The translations under genes and the position numbers were made by a program. The notes below the pieces were generated by a model. That model ran no database searches, had not been told where the DNA came from, and saw nothing but the letters and a program-made list of their open reading frames with translations. A stretch of 64,000 nt of DNA, taken from contig JBHLON010000003.1 in the NCBI GenBank assembly GCA_048940445.1, positions 77,978-141,977 on the forward strand. The letters run 5' to 3'. This stretch comes from Promethearchaeota archaeon. Its GTDB lineage: Archaea; Asgardarchaeota; Lokiarchaeia; Sigyniarchaeales; SOKP01. This document shows positions 60,755-64,000 of the stretch, piece by piece. Within the stretch, counting starts at the first letter, position 1. Every line of letters begins with the position of its first letter.

Positions 60755-61591
60755 ATGGAGGTAGCTATAATTCCTAAAGTCCAAAGTGGTTTCGCAAATA
60801 TCAATAATGCTCTTATTTATTACGAGACTGCGGGGAATGGTAAACCCTTTATGATGATTCATGCTGGTATAGCTGATAGTCGTCAATGGAATAATGAATT
60901 TGCACAATTTTCTGGCCTTTTTAGGGTAATCCGTTATGATATGCGAGGATATGGAAAGAGTGAACCAGTGGAGGGAGAATTCAGTCATTTACAAGATTTA
61001 ACCACATTAATTGAATATCTCCATCTTGAAAATCCACTTATACTCATGGGATGTTCAATGGGTGGTAGTTTAGCAATGGATTTTACATTGATGAATCCTT
61101 CAAAAGTAAAAGCATTAATCATGGTTGATGCTGGTCCAAGTGGACTTGATTTAGACGTACCAACCCCTGCTAAATTTGATGAGATAGAGAAAAGCTATAA
61201 TGAGGGTGATCTCGATTTAGTAGCTGAACTTGAGACACAGATTTGGTTTGATGGGATTGGGCGCACATCTAAGCAAGTAAATAAGAAGATGCGTCAGTTA
61301 GTCTATGAAATGAATCGTAAAGGATTAGCCTATGATGCAAAAAAACTTGGGAAGCGTTTAACTGATACCAAGATTCCAGCAGCAGAGAGATTAACAGAGT
61401 TAAATTTACCTGTGCTCATAATTATCGGAGCTTATGACATTCCTTACATCTTAGCAGCAGCTGAATATATGGTAGATAAAATACCATCTGCTCAAAAAGT
61501 TGTAATACAAGATGCAGCTCATCTACCTAATTTAGATCATTCAAGGGAATTCCAACAAGTTGTTGCCAAATTTTTAAATGTGACACTTTAA
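60755..61591 (+). CDS. alpha/beta hydrolase
   Basis: IHAG, YDMRGYGKS, GCSMGG, AAHLPN. Confidence 0.92.
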   Translation: MEVAIIPKVQSGFANINNALIYYETAGNGKPFMMIHAGIADSRQWNNEFAQFSGLFRVIRYDMRGYGKSEPVEGEFSHLQDLTTLIEYLHLENPLILMGCSMGGSLAMDFTLMNPSKVKALIMVDAGPSGLDLDVPTPAKFDEIEKSYNEGDLDLVAELETQIWFDGIGRTSKQVNKKMRQLVYEMNRKGLAYDAKKLGKRLTDTKIPAAERLTELNLPVLIIIGAYDIPYILAAAEYMVDKIPSAQKVVIQDAAHLPNLDHSREFQQVVAKFLNVTL

Positions 61592-61608
61592 GGCTTAAGG
61601 CCGCTAAT

Positions 61609-63096
61609 TCAGGGATCATTTCTTAATGGATGGCGTGCATTTTCCAAATTATCAATAGCATCATCAACGGTTGGTACTCCCTCCATTGCTTTCCTAATAG
61701 CATTTCTTGTTGCTTTATAATTGTTGATAAATACTCTTTTTCTTGCGCTGGCACTGGGATGAACGAAAACATTAACTATTAACAATATTTCATCACTTAA
61801 TTCTTTTGGAAGAATACCATCATCAACACATTGCATAACTGCCTTAGCTATTGCTGCTTGAGCAGGTCCATAGGTTAAACTAGCATGACGAAGTGAGGTG
61901 GGTCTCACTGTGGGAATCATAATAGTTGGCGGCTTTACTTGCATATTAGGTTCTAAGATAACTTGAAGTCCCTCACGTCCTTCTTGTGGATTTGTTAAAG
62001 CTTGAGCATATGCATTACCAACTGGACCATCTCTTTTACCAATCAAAATATCAATATGGGCAAGTTCTACACGGTCCCCTACAAGTGACTCTCCGACTTT
62101 TAATCCAAAGTCAGTAATCTTCTGAGGTGTTATTCCAACTGCATAAAAACGACTTGTAAGAGGTTTATCTCCAAATTCAAACCGAATTTCTGATTTCTCA
62201 ATTAAACCTAGCTTTTCTAGTTCTACACGTAATTCATCTTTAATTTCATAAGAGAGAGTATCTCCTAAAACAAGTGGTTGTCGTGTCTTTCCGACTGGAA
62301 TTTTCATCATATTAAGGCATGATTTAACTCCAAGTGCTCCAGAATTAATTAATAATCGAGCTAATTTCTGTACTCTTTTTTGAAGCACTTGAGCTTCTTG
62401 TAGACGATTATTTTTAACATGATCATAAATCTCAAGCCAAATTTTAGGAAAAACATTTGCAGATCCTAAAATACATCCAGCAGCACCACCAGCTAGTGCA
62501 CCTAACACATTTTCATCCCATCCTATAAGTACTGAAACTTTATCACTCACTTTTTCCAGTAATGCTGAAAAATATTTATAATCTCCACTGGAATCTTTAA
62601 TACCGACTATATTTTCGATATCTACCAAATCTTCTACTACAGTCCAAGGTAATTCTACTCCTGTACATGCAGGTATATTGTATAAAACAATTGGGATATC
62701 TGTTTTCTCAGCAATCGTAAAATAATGATCATACAGTCCTTTTGCCTTTGGCTTTAGATAATAAGGTGTAACTATTAAGACAGCATCAGCTCCAATATCT
62801 GTTGCTGCTTTAGTAGCATCTACTACTAACTTAGTCCCTGTCTCTCCAGTTCCGGCTATAACAGGGACACGACCATTTGTTTCATCAACAACGATTTTAA
62901 TAACATCTAAACGTTCTTGAAATGTCATATTTACAAATTCTCCTGTCGTTCCAACAGGTACAAGTCCAGTTACGCCCTGTTCAATAAGATAATTTACTAA
63001 ATTCCTTAATTGTTCTTTATTTAAAGATTCATCTTTATTGAATGGAGTGATAAGAGCTGGCATTACACCACTAGGTCTGAAACTAAATTTACTCAT
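61609..63096 (-). CDS. DapA/DHDPS-family aldolase fused to formaldehyde-activating enzyme (Fae)
   Basis: N-terminal GTTGE, TPYY, LYNIP, GIKDSS; C-terminal VGESLVG..ELAHIDILIG, KPPT, GPAQAAIAKAV, NNYKAT, ARHP. Confidence 0.92.
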   Translation of the reverse strand: MSKFSFRPSGVMPALITPFNKDESLNKEQLRNLVNYLIEQGVTGLVPVGTTGEFVNMTFQERLDVIKIVVDETNGRVPVIAGTGETGTKLVVDATKAATDIGADAVLIVTPYYLKPKAKGLYDHYFTIAEKTDIPIVLYNIPACTGVELPWTVVEDLVDIENIVGIKDSSGDYKYFSALLEKVSDKVSVLIGWDENVLGALAGGAAGCILGSANVFPKIWLEIYDHVKNNRLQEAQVLQKRVQKLARLLINSGALGVKSCLNMMKIPVGKTRQPLVLGDTLSYEIKDELRVELEKLGLIEKSEIRFEFGDKPLTSRFYAVGITPQKITDFGLKVGESLVGDRVELAHIDILIGKRDGPVGNAYAQALTNPQEGREGLQVILEPNMQVKPPTIMIPTVRPTSLRHASLTYGPAQAAIAKAVMQCVDDGILPKELSDEILLIVNVFVHPSASARKRVFINNYKATRNAIRKAMEGVPTVDDAIDNLENARHPLRNDP

Positions 63097-63112
63097 GATT
63101 TTTAATTTCCTT

Positions 63113-63664
63113 TTATTCTTTTAATGTATAGTTTTCTGAACCAGGTAAAAATTTAATTACTTTTGCAGGAGTTCCGCCAGCTAATGCAAAGGCAGGTATA
63201 TCTTTTGTTACAACGGATCCCGCAGCAATTACAGAACCTTCACCGATTGTTACTCCTCCTAGGACAATACTGTGTAATCCTAACCAACATCCTTTCTTGA
63301 TTCTAACTGGTGAAGGGGGATAACCTAATTCTGAGACGTACATCCCCTGTCTTAGAAGATGCAAATCTCTGCCATGGGCCATAATCATCGAATAAGCAGC
63401 AATTTCTACATTATCTTCAATGAAAATTAAAAACGGATACTCATTATCTATATAGACATCTTCTCCTATCCAGACATTTTTACCCATTACTACGCCTTTT
63501 ATTTTGTGCAATCTTGCTCGTGTAAATCCACCAGGTATATGTCTTGCTACCACATTAATAAATCTAACCATAAATCGCCCAAATATGGTTTTTCTTCTTT
63601 TTTTCTTAATTTGCTCTAATTTCTCTCGAAGTTTTAATTCTTGTTCACGAGAATATTTATTCAT
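63113..63664 (-). CDS. hexapeptide-repeat O-acyltransferase
   Basis: [32 protein letters not shown]. Confidence 0.9.
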   Translation of the reverse strand: MNKYSREQELKLREKLEQIKKKRRKTIFGRFMVRFINVVARHIPGGFTRARLHKIKGVVMGKNVWIGEDVYIDNEYPFLIFIEDNVEIAAYSMIMAHGRDLHLLRQGMYVSELGYPPSPVRIKKGCWLGLHSIVLGGVTIGEGSVIAAGSVVTKDIPAFALAGGTPAKVIKFLPGSENYTLKE

Positions 63665-63736
63665 ATTTTTTTTAATATTCCATTTTTCTTAAATTAAATT
63701 CATATTACTAATAAGCCGTTCTTGAAGCTTTATATA

Positions 63737-64000
63737 CTATCTAGTTTTTAATCTTCTAAAATAGTCTATATATGACCACGTATCGATATCCCCAGTAATA
63801 CACACAAAATTTTCCTTTTGGTCTTTCCTATAGCTTTCTACAGCCTTTTTGAATCCGATTAAAACCGAATTAGAATCTTTAAGTACAAATTTACATATAG
63901 CATCCAAAGCAACTAAGAATCTTTTTTGTCCCATTCGTAATGGGTGCATATCAAAAATTATTATTGAACCTTTCGTACTACGAATTGATTTAATAAAATG
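63737..64000 (-). CDS. C-terminal part of a protein entering from outside the window (possibly polysaccharide-deacetylase-like)
   Basis: frame is open from 64000 (HFIKSIRSTKGSIIIFDMHP...) to the stop at 63737. Confidence 0.55.
   Translation of the reverse strand, partial: HFIKSIRSTKGSIIIFDMHPLRMGQKRFLVALDAICKFVLKDSNSVLIGFKKAVESYRKDQKENFVCITGDIDTWSYIDYFRRLKTR

Noticed and set aside
1-64000. CRISPR arrays, rRNA, IS elements, integrases, proviral genes
   Set aside because: No regularly spaced repeats, GC-rich rRNA-like blocks or transposase/integrase/capsid motifs were seen

Overview
A strongly AT-rich archaeal chromosomal segment, most likely Lokiarchaeia/Promethearchaeota (Asgard). That assignment is inferred from an Arf/Rag-like small GTPase, a longin/uDENN-type domain, HdrABC/HdrL, tungsten oxidoreductases, a BHB-intron tRNA and GGTG-type Shine-Dalgarno sites. 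Layout: (i) 1-16 kb, accessory metabolic genes (WOR5-like oxidoreductase pair, MtaA-like methyltransferase plus corrinoid protein, C13 peptidase), punctuated by a recurring ~30-bp intergenic motif. (ii) 16.5-29.5 kb, a cysteine/sulfur cluster: two Cys-tailed Lrp regulators, a tRNA sulfurtransferase, tRNA-Cys with a T-loop intron directly upstream of cysS, cysE-cysK and a PLP C-S-lyase-like gene. Embedded in it is an ArsR - small GTPase - MASE3/PAS histidine kinase - REC/longin fusion unit. (iii) 29.6-38.7 kb, AOR, a soluble multi-PAS kinase and a GNAT - ThiF - stand-alone 7TM - YghO/ceramide-synthase-like GNAT cluster. (iv) 40.7-54 kb, two convergent heterodisulfide reductase operons (hdrCBA-flxDCBA, and hdrD-like plus hdrL-mvhD). 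(v) 54-64 kb, B12 radical SAM, NosD-like surface protein, YyaL, nitroreductase, Bcp and a DapA-family aldolase-Fae fusion. The top candidates for a new system are a phosphorelay whose output domain looks like a FLCN/SMCR8/NPRL2-type arginine-finger GAP encoded beside a small GTPase, and a possible N-acyl-amide signal synthase/7TM receptor locus. All family assignments are by motif recognition only; no searches were run. No CRISPR array, rRNA or transposase was seen.
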